This document shows positions 11,223 to 23,264 of a stretch of 64,000 nucleotides of DNA, piece after piece. Made by a program: the position numbers and the translations under genes. The DNA is from Raja brachyura (Eukaryota), in contig OY740814.1 of NCBI GenBank assembly GCA_963514005.1, positions 11,718,001 to 11,782,000 on the forward strand. Direction: 5' to 3'. Numbering within the stretch: the first letter of the stretch is position 1; each line of letters begins with the position of its first letter. The notes beneath the pieces are model-generated. The model was not told where the DNA came from. It searched no databases and saw nothing but the letters and a program-made list of their open reading frames with translations.

Positions 11223-14200
11223 TGCAAGTTGCATTTAATGCCTCAATCAGCACCATAGTCATTCCATTCTTCAATTTATTTGCCTCAAAAATTGGTGCAT
11301 TTGGAAAATATTTCACAAGGAAATAAAGCTTTAAATGCCAAAAAAAAAGCAAATGCTCTTGTTATTCTGGCATTGAAACTCGACCACAAAATCTGCATTC
11401 GCAATCCACAATTTTCATATACAACTGAACACCAAAAACTAAATATTCTCCCCACAACTCCAGGACATTACTTTGCAGGCAAGGTTTGCAGAGCACCAAG
11501 ACTTTCATTTGCACGAGATTAAGATTTACCACCCTGAACCACGTGGACAAAGGTAGAGGCAGCAACCTACTTTTAAAACAAAACACATAGATGTGGAAAA
11601 GGTTGAACTTTTGCCAATTCGCTGAATAATTTCACACTTTAAAATTAAATCTCTCCCCCAGGGATCACCCAGAGGATCAAATTCATGATGTTGAATAATA
11701 TCATTAGCAAAAGAACCAATAGCTTAAAAGTCTTGTTAAGAGAGGCCACAAAAGATTTTGGGATCTTTGTGTGTTCGAAACAAAGTGAAATATTTTAACT
11801 TAAATACATTGAAATATAAAAAAAAGGAAAGGATTTACTGCATTTAACAATATAGGGGTGATATGTATGCATTTGTAACATAAGACCTTCACTGACAGAT
11901 TATTGGGATTCAAGGCAGTAGCTGGAAAATGATACTAAGTCAAATTGCAATTTTACTCAATGTTAACTCGATGTTTGAGGAATGAATCTGTCCAATATCC
12001 AATGATAGTTATTTCTTGGCATTAAGTAGCATTCCAAGTCCTCGAGCTTATACAAGGATCATGGTGAATGCAAAAATTATCCCCGAGAAACTCCAACTTG
12101 AATGTTGGGACAAAAGCTTAATTTCCCCCTAGCATCAGCAGTTGTTTTAACCAAGTTGATGAATGTATCTCAGTATTAAAATCAAACTTTAAGCATGAAA
12201 TATTGGTCCAAGTGTTTGTCTTAAAAGTTAAAAAATGCTAACCACAAACGAGTCTACAATGTAATTTTTGAAAGATCAAAATGCAGACTCTTAAAATGCT
12301 CTCTTCCGTGCAAACCAGAGATCACACTCAGCACTCTGCAAAATCCTGAAGTGATCCAACTCATTGATACTTCTCAAACAGCTGGAAACTAGCTCCCATT
12401 TTTCTGCTCTTCCTCACTTGGGGACATTGAGAAATTGCAACAGCCCAAACATCAACTAATATCAACCAAATCCGACAAGAGATCAAATTTCTGATCCATT
12501 GTCTTCCTTTTCTTGCCACAAAAGGATTGTACAATTGCCCAAATGCCCACTAGAGAACAATCTAACTATGCCCATTACAACTGATGTGCAGGTCATTCAA
12601 GACAATGAAATTACACAGAAATCTATAGACAGAACCCATTCTATACAACTTGCCTTTGTTTGTGCGTTATGTGAGCTTTCCACAAAACTTACTGCAACTA
12701 ACCTTACTTAATGATCTTCATGTTCTCATTCAGCATTTTCGTGAAACCCATTTCCTCCATTTACTTCAATTATTCCATGGAGGGTCAGATTCCACAAAAC
12801 AAATAAACTGAAGATACTAGTTAGAGATCCTGAAAAATGAGAATGTTACAATCTATTACTACATTACTAGCTTAGATAATTAAATTTTCATGAATGTAAT
12901 GACAACCCCCATCACTCTGAATTCAGCTGTGATACTGTCAAATCTAATTAAGGGCATACTGTCAAAATTCAGAACAAAAAAATGCACATGCCTAAAAGTT
13001 GTACGGTTATATGGCAAAACAAAATAAAACTGTTAGCTGGTTACTCTTGATGTCAAATTAGATGAGAACAGAACTGTGTTCATAAAGACAAGGAAAATAA
13101 TTCTCAGACTAGTAAACTGGCATATTTTTTAAAGACTTGTTTAGAAACCCACGGAGATATTTAAGGCTTTGGAAAATCATTTATCACAGGAAGCCAATGA
13201 GAGCTTCAACAGACCAGGTTATGCTATGGCTTCAGGTTAACATTTCATTTAGCCTCTTGAATTCTTCACCAAGCCAAAAATAAAATCATTTATAACGTCA
13301 ATCCTACTATATACAATTCTGCGATAACAAAATTGAAGGAGCCATTAATCTAACGAAATGGGGTGTGATCTGAATGCCACATACTAAAAGCTAATCAGAC
13401 CCTTCCAATTCACAGAAGTAATCAGTGTGGAATGATATATTCGAAAGATCAGGTTAAAACAGATCCTTGAATGCCAAGAACATAGAGATACAAGTTACAA
13501 AATTAGATACTAGATTTTTATTTTATTTTTTTAAAAGCATATTTGCAAGTCTTCCAGGCACGTTACTTTCTCAAACAACAATTTTGTCACGTTGTTTCAG
13601 CAAATTGGTATTATTGGAAACCCGGATGAAATTGCCGAATACTTGAGTTCTGTGACTTACGTTTAGCTGTGCGAGTCATTTTCAGAGAGAGTAGTTATTA
13701 ATGTTTAAGATTCAATCACAGATGTATAAATTGTAGTAATTGGTGATGAGGCTGTTGCACCAAATCAACAATTAACAAAGGAACTAATCAGCAAGTTCAC
13801 ACGAGTTATGAGATATAAACAGGGATAATAGACAAAAAAGGGTGGTAAAGTAAAATAAACCTGATGTGCAGATATCTATTCCATCAAAATAACAATTACA
13901 TTAACTGCAAACAGCTTAGGTATGCATTCTCACTGTCGTGTGCCCAACATCCACAATTTTTTTATAGGGATGGCCTTCAAACCTGCATTACCAAAAACTA
14001 TGATTGCAGAAAAAACTCCATAACATCTAAGAATTGGCCCAAACATTTCACCCTGGGGGGGGGGGGGGGGGGTGAAAGAAGTGAAATTCAGAAGTTATAG
14101 CAAACTTGAATCGCACAGCTAATCTTTTTTTTTTTTTTTTAAGCATTTCCTAGCATTTTGTCCGAGTTTCAAAGCTATTTAAAGATTTATGGGATCAACT

Positions 14201-15039
14201 TACCATTGCCTTAAGGATAAATGTATCTTCTGCTTCTTGCTATTTGGGGTGGGGGAGGAAAGGATCCATCATAGTAATCATGGTGGGAGGACCTTAAGAA
14301 GAATTACGAGATAAAGTCTATTTCTGAATGAATATCTGAATTAAATTTTAAAAGCCAGTTGACATTTATAATTTTACCCAATAGTCGAAAATAATGCTTC
14401 ATTGCAGAAATATTGCATATTTATGATTGTAAGCCACTAATATTTAGAGATGCAGCTAGAGAATGAATAAATTCCATTTATGTTAGTGCAAAAACATTAC
14501 AATTTAAAATAGAGAATAAATCAGAATAACTATTAAAAATATCAAATTAATTTAGCTAAAATTGTGTTCTACAAGAACACTGATTTAGCTGCCCCTTGCA
14601 CAAATATTGGCATATTATTTACTCAAAACTTAGAATTCATAAAGCTGACTTGAAAACAGCATGAATTTACCAAATTTGCCTTTCAGACCCAGAATGTCAA
14701 CTGGCAATTTTCCTTATGCTGCAGACTCAGCTTCCTTTTTCATGTAATAATCTTTCCCTATTACAAAGTGCAAATGCATTAGCAAAGCCAAATTTAGAAC
14801 CAAGTAAATTTCATACTGCTGCAGGGAACACGTATCCCTCTGCTCACTAATCAAGTGAGGAACAAAGATCGGGTAAATCGGGTATAAAGCGGAAAATATG
14901 AAACTGTCCATCTCGACAAGAAAAGCAGCAGCATTTTATCTCGATGGCAAGAGATTGCAGAAGATCTTTTTTTTAGTCAACAAAAAGTGTCAGTATGAAG
15001 GCCCAGCAAGTGATTAGAAAAAACCACAATGTTCTCATG

Positions 15040-15560
15040 TATTCAATTCCCTGAGCAATAAATAAGTAAGAGGGCTTGTCTTACATCTTGGAAACTACAT
15101 CTGGAGTACTGTGTACATCATTGGTCTCATTGAGGGAAAAACATAATGAGCTGGAAGGACTTCAGAGAAAGCTACCATACTAGTATCTGGAGTGGGTGAG
15201 TTGTCTAATGAGTAAAGCTTGGATAGGCTAAGTTTCGTTTCTGCTAGAGTTTAGAAGAGCAACAGCGAATTACCAAAACAAGAAGGTCATGTAAATGTGG
15301 GGAGGACATTTCCTTCTCGGGAGAATCTAAAACCAGGGGATTGGTTTAAAAATGAGGACTTCCATTTAAAGGAGATTACATTTCTTCCTAAGAGTTTAGC
15401 AAATTGCAGGGATAGACTTTGAATATTGTCAAGGCGGAGATACTTGCAAACAAGGGTGTGTACGATTACCATGACTAGACTAAAATTATGTTATGACCAG
15501 GTCAACCATGATCTTATTAAAATCACACTTTGGCTACTGAGTGTTCTGCTCAATTTATAT
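15040..15560 (+). mobile_element. Old CR1 LINE 3' fragment
   Basis: catctggagtactgtgtaca (HLEYCV), aaaaccaggggat (TRG) and accatgatcttatt 3'UTR. Heavily decayed. Confidence 0.65.
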
Positions 15561-16879
15561 TTGTACCCCTTCCCTTAAAGGTGATCTACTTTGCACTACC
15601 ATGTAGTATTGAGAGTTGTTTAAATTTGCAATAGCTGTCGTTAATCAATAACCATTCCACTCATTATAAACTAATCTGCAAGTAATATTTTTCAAAAATA
15701 TGGGGAAACATTTGCAAGAAGAAACAGACCCACCGATTTAAGGCAGATATTAAACCATATTTAAAGTTGAATGCCTATTTCCAACATTAAATTAATCTTT
15801 TATATGCAATCAGACAAATCTTTCCACATAGAATAACGTAAATGATTCTGCAGCTTCCCAAGGCATCACTTCCTTTCAATAGATCACATTTGCTATGGAA
15901 ACAGTGAGAATGATCGAAATGATCTATGACACACGAATGATGCCCAAACTCAAACATTTCAAAACCAGCCAGTCATTCAAAGTGGCAGCAATTTTCAATT
16001 ATATCTTCCAAAGAATTAAGCAGGACACTTGTTAAAAAGGTCAGCTGGTCACCCAAAAATAAACAACTTCTAATTAAATAACACGCATTGGACATCTTAA
16101 AGGTGATGCAAAAGCCCAAGAGGCAACTCCATGAGGTTACCAAACAAAAAAAAGCATTCAAAAGGAAAATTCTACTAAAAGCAACTTACAAAATACCAAA
16201 TTTAAGAATATTGAACCCACTTTAGATCCCTGCATTTGTCCAATTCTGTTCTTTCTCCACTTGCAATTGCCCAATTCATGGCACTTTTACAAAGCATGGC
16301 TACAGAACAATAACATTTCTCGATTTCCAGTGAGTGCTTGGGAGGAGTCAATAAGGGACATTACCTGTAACCAAAAGCAACTCTGAATAATTTATTGTAT
16401 CAACTTGATAACTGCTTGCTATGATAAGCTCAAAAGGGGAGGTGGCTTTCAGAAGTCTTGCACTAAATACATACCTGCCCATTGAAACCAAGTTAATGTA
16501 ATTCAGGCTTAAATGCTATGAACACTGGCTTGGGAGAAGACTATTGACATTAGATTGCTTATTTTACTTTGGAGTCACGCGAGTGACTACGTGAAGAAGC
16601 CCCGCCAGGCGCATGCTCGGTTTTACGTCGACGCATGTCGGTAAGGAAGGGCTGCAGATCGCAGCTCCACCAGTGGTGAGTAACAAGCCCACAGGTAAGT
16701 GGATTGAAATTACTTCCTGGGTAGAAACTCCGTGACGCTGGCTGGAATAGCCAGGAGGAGTTTGGGAAGTTTTTAAAATGGACGGTGAAAATCAGCGCGG
16801 GGAAAGCGCACATCCCGGGTGGAAACTCAATTAAGATCGGGACCACAGATTAGTACGGAGCGGTTGACTCTGCCGTAGT

Positions 16880-17990
16880 TCTGCGTTTAGACGCTCCACA
16901 GCCACAGGGGGTTTTCCAGTGGAAAGGAAAAATAAGAAGTTTGCTAAGCCTGTAATATCAGATGAATCTGATGAAGAAGAGGCAAGGCCAGGCAAACGAG
17001 CCTGTGGCTCAGGATGGACCAAATGGGAAAAAATACACAATTATTATCCAAGGGTCAAAAGGCCCAGAATATTCCCAGGCAGCCTCTGAGGGGGTTCCAT
17101 ATCACAAATATGGTGCCTTTACAACATGGGAATGTGAACCTCCAGAGCCTTGTTTAGGTCTGGAAGAAGTCTCCTTTGAGCAAGACTCAGGAGTACCAGG
17201 GCGGCAAGAGACTGACCCTGAAGGTGGTGTTTTTGTTCGTGAATACCCACCACAGCACAAAAGTCAAACTACAGGTGTATCAGATATAGCACAATACTTT
17301 GCTATACCAGAGGGAAGTGGTGAGGTCAGGGAAGAAAACCTGGCGGCCAACATTAATTATTTGGTTTCTCACCAGCTTCAGGAGACTGTCATGATTAAGA
17401 CAGCAGACCTCTATTAAACACCTGTTAATTGTGCATCACTAAGGGTGCTGAAGGTGAATCCAGCTATTGGACACCTATGACTTTAACAATGCAAGGACAA
17501 GAGGGTCCTCAATCTCATTGTAGCTGGCATTACTGCTTTGGGAGGCAGCTGGAAGGGCATGCTATGTCCAAAATCCAAAAAGACATGTTGGCATTCTTAA
17601 TTTGAGATTAATTGTATGAGATAAATCGCCATTCGGCCCATCCTGCACCCAAGATTTGCTGGTTTGTGTAAATCAAGCAATGTTCAAACTCCAGATTATT
17701 TATTCGGAGAAAACCTGCCTAAACAAATTAAAGATACTGATGAGGAGGCAAAGACCATCAGCCTCATAAAAAATTATATATTTGGTGAAAGGAGACAATC
17801 TGGCACGGATGAGAGTGTGTCGTATGGAATGAATCTACGGCATGACCAGGTCAGCGTCCACGTCTGCGGAAGAGGGGTTTGATCAGGAGCAGGAACAAGC
17901 AGAGGCAGGGTATGGTGAGAAGGTATTATCACCCATCACAGCCCAATGTTAATCCATATATTGGGAGATGGAGACCGTCACGGTCAATTG
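16880..17990 (+). pseudogene. DIRS gag-like ORF1 remnant
   Basis: Broken ORFs 16962-17417 and 17664-17882, including 'HPRFAGLCK...YLFGENLPKQIKD', in the ORF1 position upstream of RT. Confidence 0.65.
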
Positions 17991-18040
17991 CTGAGGTATA
18001 AAGACTTTATTCTATCACAGAGGAAACTGTTGTAGAACTT

Positions 18041-19460
18041 TTGGTTGGTGGTAGATGGCAATTGTTTTATGATGAATGGTACTGTATAACATCTGATCGG
18101 TTTATATCAGATACTGTGTCAGGTGCTATATTAGAATTTATGGGAGGAGTTGATCCACCTGTACAGGATAAACCTAAATGGGTTTTGGTGTTTTCTGCAC
18201 CTGAAAATTCTCAGGTAAAAGAAGAAGTAAAACATTTTTTAAAGGGATAATTGAAAGTACGATGAATCATCCGCAACAATTCGTGTCAAATATTTTCCCC
18301 AGGACAAAGAAAGATGGGGGTTGTTGAGTCATTCTGGATCTCACAAAATTGAATTCATATGTCCAGTATACACATTTCAAAAGGGACACCTTCAACAATG
18401 CAAAGGAGTTGTTGTCCATAGGGTGTTACATGGCTACTATAGATTTAAAAGATGCATATTATTCAGTGCCAATTCATCACCATTATCGTAGGTACTTGAA
18501 GTTTAATTGGATGGGTCAGCTGTGGCAATATAAAGCATTACCTAATGGGTTAAGTTCAGCTCCCAGGCTGTTCATAAAATGATTGAAACCAGCACTTGCA
18601 TTGTTAAGGGCTTATCTTGATGATATTGTAATTGTTAATGCCACTCAGGAATCAGCTGAAGATTTAGTTTCAGCAACTATAAGCCTGTTGGAAAGGCTAG
18701 GGTTCTGATCCATCCAACGAAATCTAAGCTACAGCCATTGCAAACAATTGAGTACTTGGGATTTGTCATTGATTCAGTTGCTGTGTCAGTAACTTTACCA
18801 ACAGATAAAGTTGTGGATATTACAAATGCGTATAGTTGCCTTGCTGACAAACCTTATCCCTCCATCCGAGAAGTAGCTAGGGTTATTGGTAAGATAATAG
18901 CAGCATTCCCGCTGTTGAGTTTGGTCCTTTGCATTATCAAAATCTTCAATGGGCAAAAGCATAAGCACTAAAAGAACATGCAGGTCATTTTGACAGACCC
19001 ACGCAGTTGCCAACGGAAGCATTGGCTGAATTGGGAATGTGGTGGATTGGGAATGTTGCACAAGCTACTAAAAACATTGTTATTCAGCAACCTACAGTGG
19101 TATTACAAACTAATGTTAGTGCTCTCGGATGGGGGGGCTACGGACAATACCACCAGCTGTGGTGGTAGATGAACTGTCCAAGAGGATTTAATTCTCCAAA
19201 CATATGGTATTAATTATTTGGAGTTATTGGGGGCATTTTGGATTAAAAGCTTATTGTTCTACAATGGAGAACTTGCATGTTCAATTACAAGTAGACAATA
19301 CCACAGCTGTAGCATATATCAATCACATGGGTGGAGTAAGATCAGTATCATGTGATCATATTGTCAAACTCATGTGGAATTGGTGTGTAGGAATATCTGG
19401 CTTTCAGCTATCTATATCCCAGGGAAAGACAATGTTGTGGCAGACAACAGATCACGGAAG
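18041..19460 (+). pseudogene. DIRS reverse transcriptase + RNase H remnant
   Basis: Motifs VGGR..F...W, IDLKDAYYSVPIH, ALPNGLSSAPRLF, AYLDD, IEYLGFVIDS, VQLQVDNTTAVAYINHMGG and IPGKDNVVADNRSR, with several stops and frameshifts. Confidence 0.92.
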
Positions 19461-19890
19461 TTTGAAGACAATGCAGAATGGATGTTAAATCCACAAAATT
19501 TCCCAAAAGTTGTCAATCGGTATGATGTACCAGATATTGATCTATTTGCGTCCAGATTAAATCACCAATTGCCTAAATACGTGTCATGGCAGCCTGATCC
19601 AGGAGCTGTAGCATTGGATGCATTCTCGCTACATTGGGGAAATATGTTCTATGCTTTCCCTCATTTGCCTGATTAGGCAATATCTCAGTAAAATAGAGCA
19701 AGACTCTGCCACGGGTGTTTTGGTGGTTCCAAACTGGCCTACACAGCCATGGTTCCTATTGATGTTTAGAATGATAATTGAACCATTTATGACGATTCTC
19801 AGCTCCAGGGATTTGTTGGTATAATCAGTGACAGAACAAGTTCATCCATTGCATGATCATATGAATTTGTTAATCTGCAAGTTCTGACCA
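19460..19890 (+). pseudogene. DIRS DNA adenine methyltransferase-like domain remnant
   Basis: EWMLN..PDIDLFASRLNHQLPKYVSW..DAFSLHW..YAFP, then LVVPNWPTQPW: the MT domain known from DIRS1-group elements. Frameshifted. Confidence 0.8.
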
Positions 19891-20890
19891 GACCATTACA
19901 AGGGTTGGACTGTCGGATAGGATCATGAATGTTATACTGTCAGGTTGGAGAGATAGCACTAAGAAACAATATATGTCTCACATAAAGAAATGAGAAGTTT
20001 TTGTATTCAGTCAGATATATCTTATCATACTGCAAATATATCAGATGTATTGGAGTTCCTTGCTATGTTGCATTTTGATCAGCACCTTAGTTATAGTGCC
20101 ATTAATAGTGCTCATTGTGCCTTGTCTTCTTATTTACGACAATTTTCAGAACATTTATCTATCGGGTCCCATCCATTAATATCCCGATTTATGAGAGGGA
20201 TTTTAATAAAATCCTCACAAACCCAGATATACAGAAATTTGGGATGTTAGTATAGTTCTCACATTGCTCCGGCAATGGGCTCCAATTACGTCACTGTCTT
20301 TTCAGAAATTAACATTTAAAGTAGTAATGCTTATGGCATTAGTGTCAGCACAAAGAGTACAAACATTGCAAATGTTATGTTTAGATTGTATGCACTTGTC
20401 TGCAGATAACATTACTTTTTATGTTTATGATCTAATCAAACAAAGCAGACTGGGGAAGTCTGGAACCAAGATTTCAATCATAGCAACATAGCAAGGAACC
20501 AAGGTAAACAATCTTTAGAGCATATCCTGTCAACCAAACATTGTGTATGGTTAAGCATCTGACTCAATATATTGTGGTAACCAAGAGTCTCCGAGGTTGT
20601 GAGACAACAATGTTTATTGCCCATAAGGAACCATACAAAAAAGTGTCAGAACGAACTATTTCTAGATGGTTAAAACAGGTTTTGGATTTAGCTGGAGTAG
20701 ACACTGATGTGTTTAAATCTCACTCCACCAGGGCAGTGTCCACGTCCGTGGCAATAGCACAGGACGTGTCGCTCGACTAAATTTTAGAGGCCGCAGGATG
20801 GTGTAAAGAAGAAACTTTTTCCAAGTTTTACAATAAACCTATTATCACGGTGCCAGAGTTTGGACATGTAGTGTTGGGTTCTGTTTGATT
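19890..20890 (+). pseudogene. DIRS tyrosine recombinase remnant
   Basis: LSYSAINSA..ALS, GSHPLISRFMRG, LMALVSAQRVQTL, TISRWLKQVL..AGVD...FKSHSTRA, then AAGW..TFSKFYNKP (R-H-R-W-Y catalytic set). Interrupted by stops. Confidence 0.92.
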
Positions 20891-23264
20891 ATTTGCTTTC
20901 TTTTATGTAATGATACATATCTTTTGTTGTAATTTAACTTATGATAGAAGGGTATTACTTTTCTTTCTTTTATTATTATTAAAATACTTATTGCATTATT
21001 CAAGCAATGTTTAATAATATTATTTACTCATTGCTGTGTCAATTGAAGCAATGTGTTGTATGGAATGAATCTACGGCATGAAAATCACAGAGCTTCAAAA
21101 TCTTCACGTAGTCACTCATGTGACTCCGAAGTAAAATAGTGAGATTAAACGAGAACTTACCTGTTCGAAGTTTGATCTTTATTTTATGAGGAGTTACGAT
21201 GAGGGATTACGTGACCTCCACTCCCGACCCTCATAATCTAAAAGATCATCTGGTAGTTCTAGTCTTGTGTGAGCCTTACTATCTTACTTCGGCTATTGGT
21301 TCTGTGATTTTTACGCCGCTGCTATGAAGTATGCAGAGCATGCGCCTGGCGGGGCTTCTTCAAGTAATCCCTCATCGTAACTCCTCATAAAATAAAGATC
21401 AAACTTCGAACAGGTAAGTTCTAGTTTAATCTCACTATTCTACAGTGGATTTAAAGGCTTTTGCAGATGTAACATAGGGGAAAATCACCCCAGTGTTTCC
21501 AGGTTTTGGCCCACTTACACTTTTCTGGCAACTGGCGGTCTGGCACCTCCTTTAATCCGACCAAAATGACAAGAACATACTTGAACCCCCCCGCCCCCAA
21601 AAAAAAGCAGCCCCTGGCTCGGCCGGAGCCAGCAGATCTATTCCCATAGCCAACTTCAGAGGCCAACTTTGCAGGCCCCTCGGAGGACGGTTCCGGGACT
21701 GTTGGACTCTTCCCAAAGGCCATGATCTCTGATGGTACAAGAAAGGCTCTGGAACCAAGGATGCTGGGAAAATCGGTGGTGGACCTATACCTACAATTGG
21801 TAGTCCACGACTAGGAAGCAGAGTTGCCCAGTAAACCATCGTTTTATGTTAGTTTGATCTTCAAATTACTCCTTTCCACAGTCAGGAAAAGGCAATGGTG
21901 GTGTACTGCTTACCAATCCTAGTATAAAGAAAACAGTTCTCCCTCTCTTGAACTTGGATAGCTCAATGACCAAATTCTGAAAATGACATAGGCACAAAAT
22001 GCTGGAGTAACTCAACAGGTCAGACAGCATCTCTGAAGAAAAGGAATAGGTGATGTCCTGAACAAATGAAAATGTGAAAATGAAGGTGAAAATTATACCC
22101 CAGCTGAACAGATGCAGACTGTTCCCTACACCATAGGAAATCATGCAACTCAGTATCAAAATGAACTGATGGTAAAGTCCAGAACTAATGGAAATCTTCT
22201 TGGATTTGTATTAAACATCTTTCTTCTGATTGATAGATAATAAAGTATATTACCATAAACCAACTCCACTCTATCAAAATTAACTTGCCAAGAACATCTA
22301 CCAGGATTTCCTCCCAATGAAAGATTTGTTCAGGCATCAAGCCATACAGATTAAAATTGGTGTGGAGATGAGGAAGCAGGAATTTAAAAATCATTCCGAG
22401 GTTTCCTTTGTTACAATCTTAATACTTTCACTGGAAGCAACAAGGCTGCAGTCACTCCATGGTGTACAAACATCAGGCACACAGAAATGATAAATAGCGA
22501 CACAAAGTGCCTATAGTATAATATGGCAATAAAGTATAAAGTATCATTCTATAGGTGCCAGTTAACTGTTAAAATCAATGGACAATATTGGAAAATAATA
22601 TATCCAGCAAACAAAAACTCTTTCACTCTTTCTCTCAACTAAATGTGCTTTTTGTACTTCAATATTGGAATTTTAAGCTTACAGAGGAGGAAATAAAAAA
22701 CACTTTGCGTAAAAGAATGCCACTATTCATTATATCATTAATTACCTCTATTGATTCAACTACATCAAATCTATCAAAAGTAACAAGTCTTCAAGGGTAA
22801 ATATTAACAGTTCAAGTGTTATCATTGACATCAACATTGTCAAAATCTACAATGCCGCTAAGTATGTCTTGCTACTGAAAATATTAAGCGACCTAATCCA
22901 GAATCCTGTAACCCATTGCCTATACCAAAATAAACAACATTCTAGTCAATGGCTATGAATGAAATTCTGACCTAAACTGCCATTAGGAATGCCATTGCAG
23001 ATCCGTAAACATCTAAAATGCACCAAATACTTAATTCGGAATGCTCCATACATGCAGTTCAGTCTTCAGTTCCCTTTGCAAGCAATGACTGGAAATAGAT
23101 TTTCTTGCTTTAGGGAACACAACTATATTTGCAAAAATATGTTGCACAGCCTAGTTTAAAGCTAAACACCACATAAAAAGCATTCCTGTGAGCATTTATG
23201 CATCATGCTCTTTTCCAACTTTAAGATAATTAATGGCATGTCAAGATTTACGGTACTACAAATA

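Larger units (their letters stand above)
16560..21439 (+). mobile_element. Full-length DIRS1-type tyrosine-recombinase retrotransposon with degenerate ORFs
   Basis: 27-bp ITR cores at 16592-16618 and 21336-21362. ICR 21102-21210 is complementary to the left end (16560-16596) and the right extension (21364-21439). TATT at both ends and at the ICR junction. Gag, RT/RNase H, methyltransferase and YR remnants occur in DIRS order. Confidence 0.95.

Noticed and set aside
19890-20890. Tyrosine recombinase plus methylase as prophage or bacterial contamination
   Set aside because: Both lie in DIRS order between ITR/ICR termini within a vertebrate intron.
21450-21840. GC-richer patch right of the DIRS (similar patches at ~43930-44240, 53250-53770 and 58620-59140)
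   Set aside because: Probably ancient non-autonomous repeats, but no TIR, TSD or coding motif could be established. It lies outside the DIRS TATT boundary.
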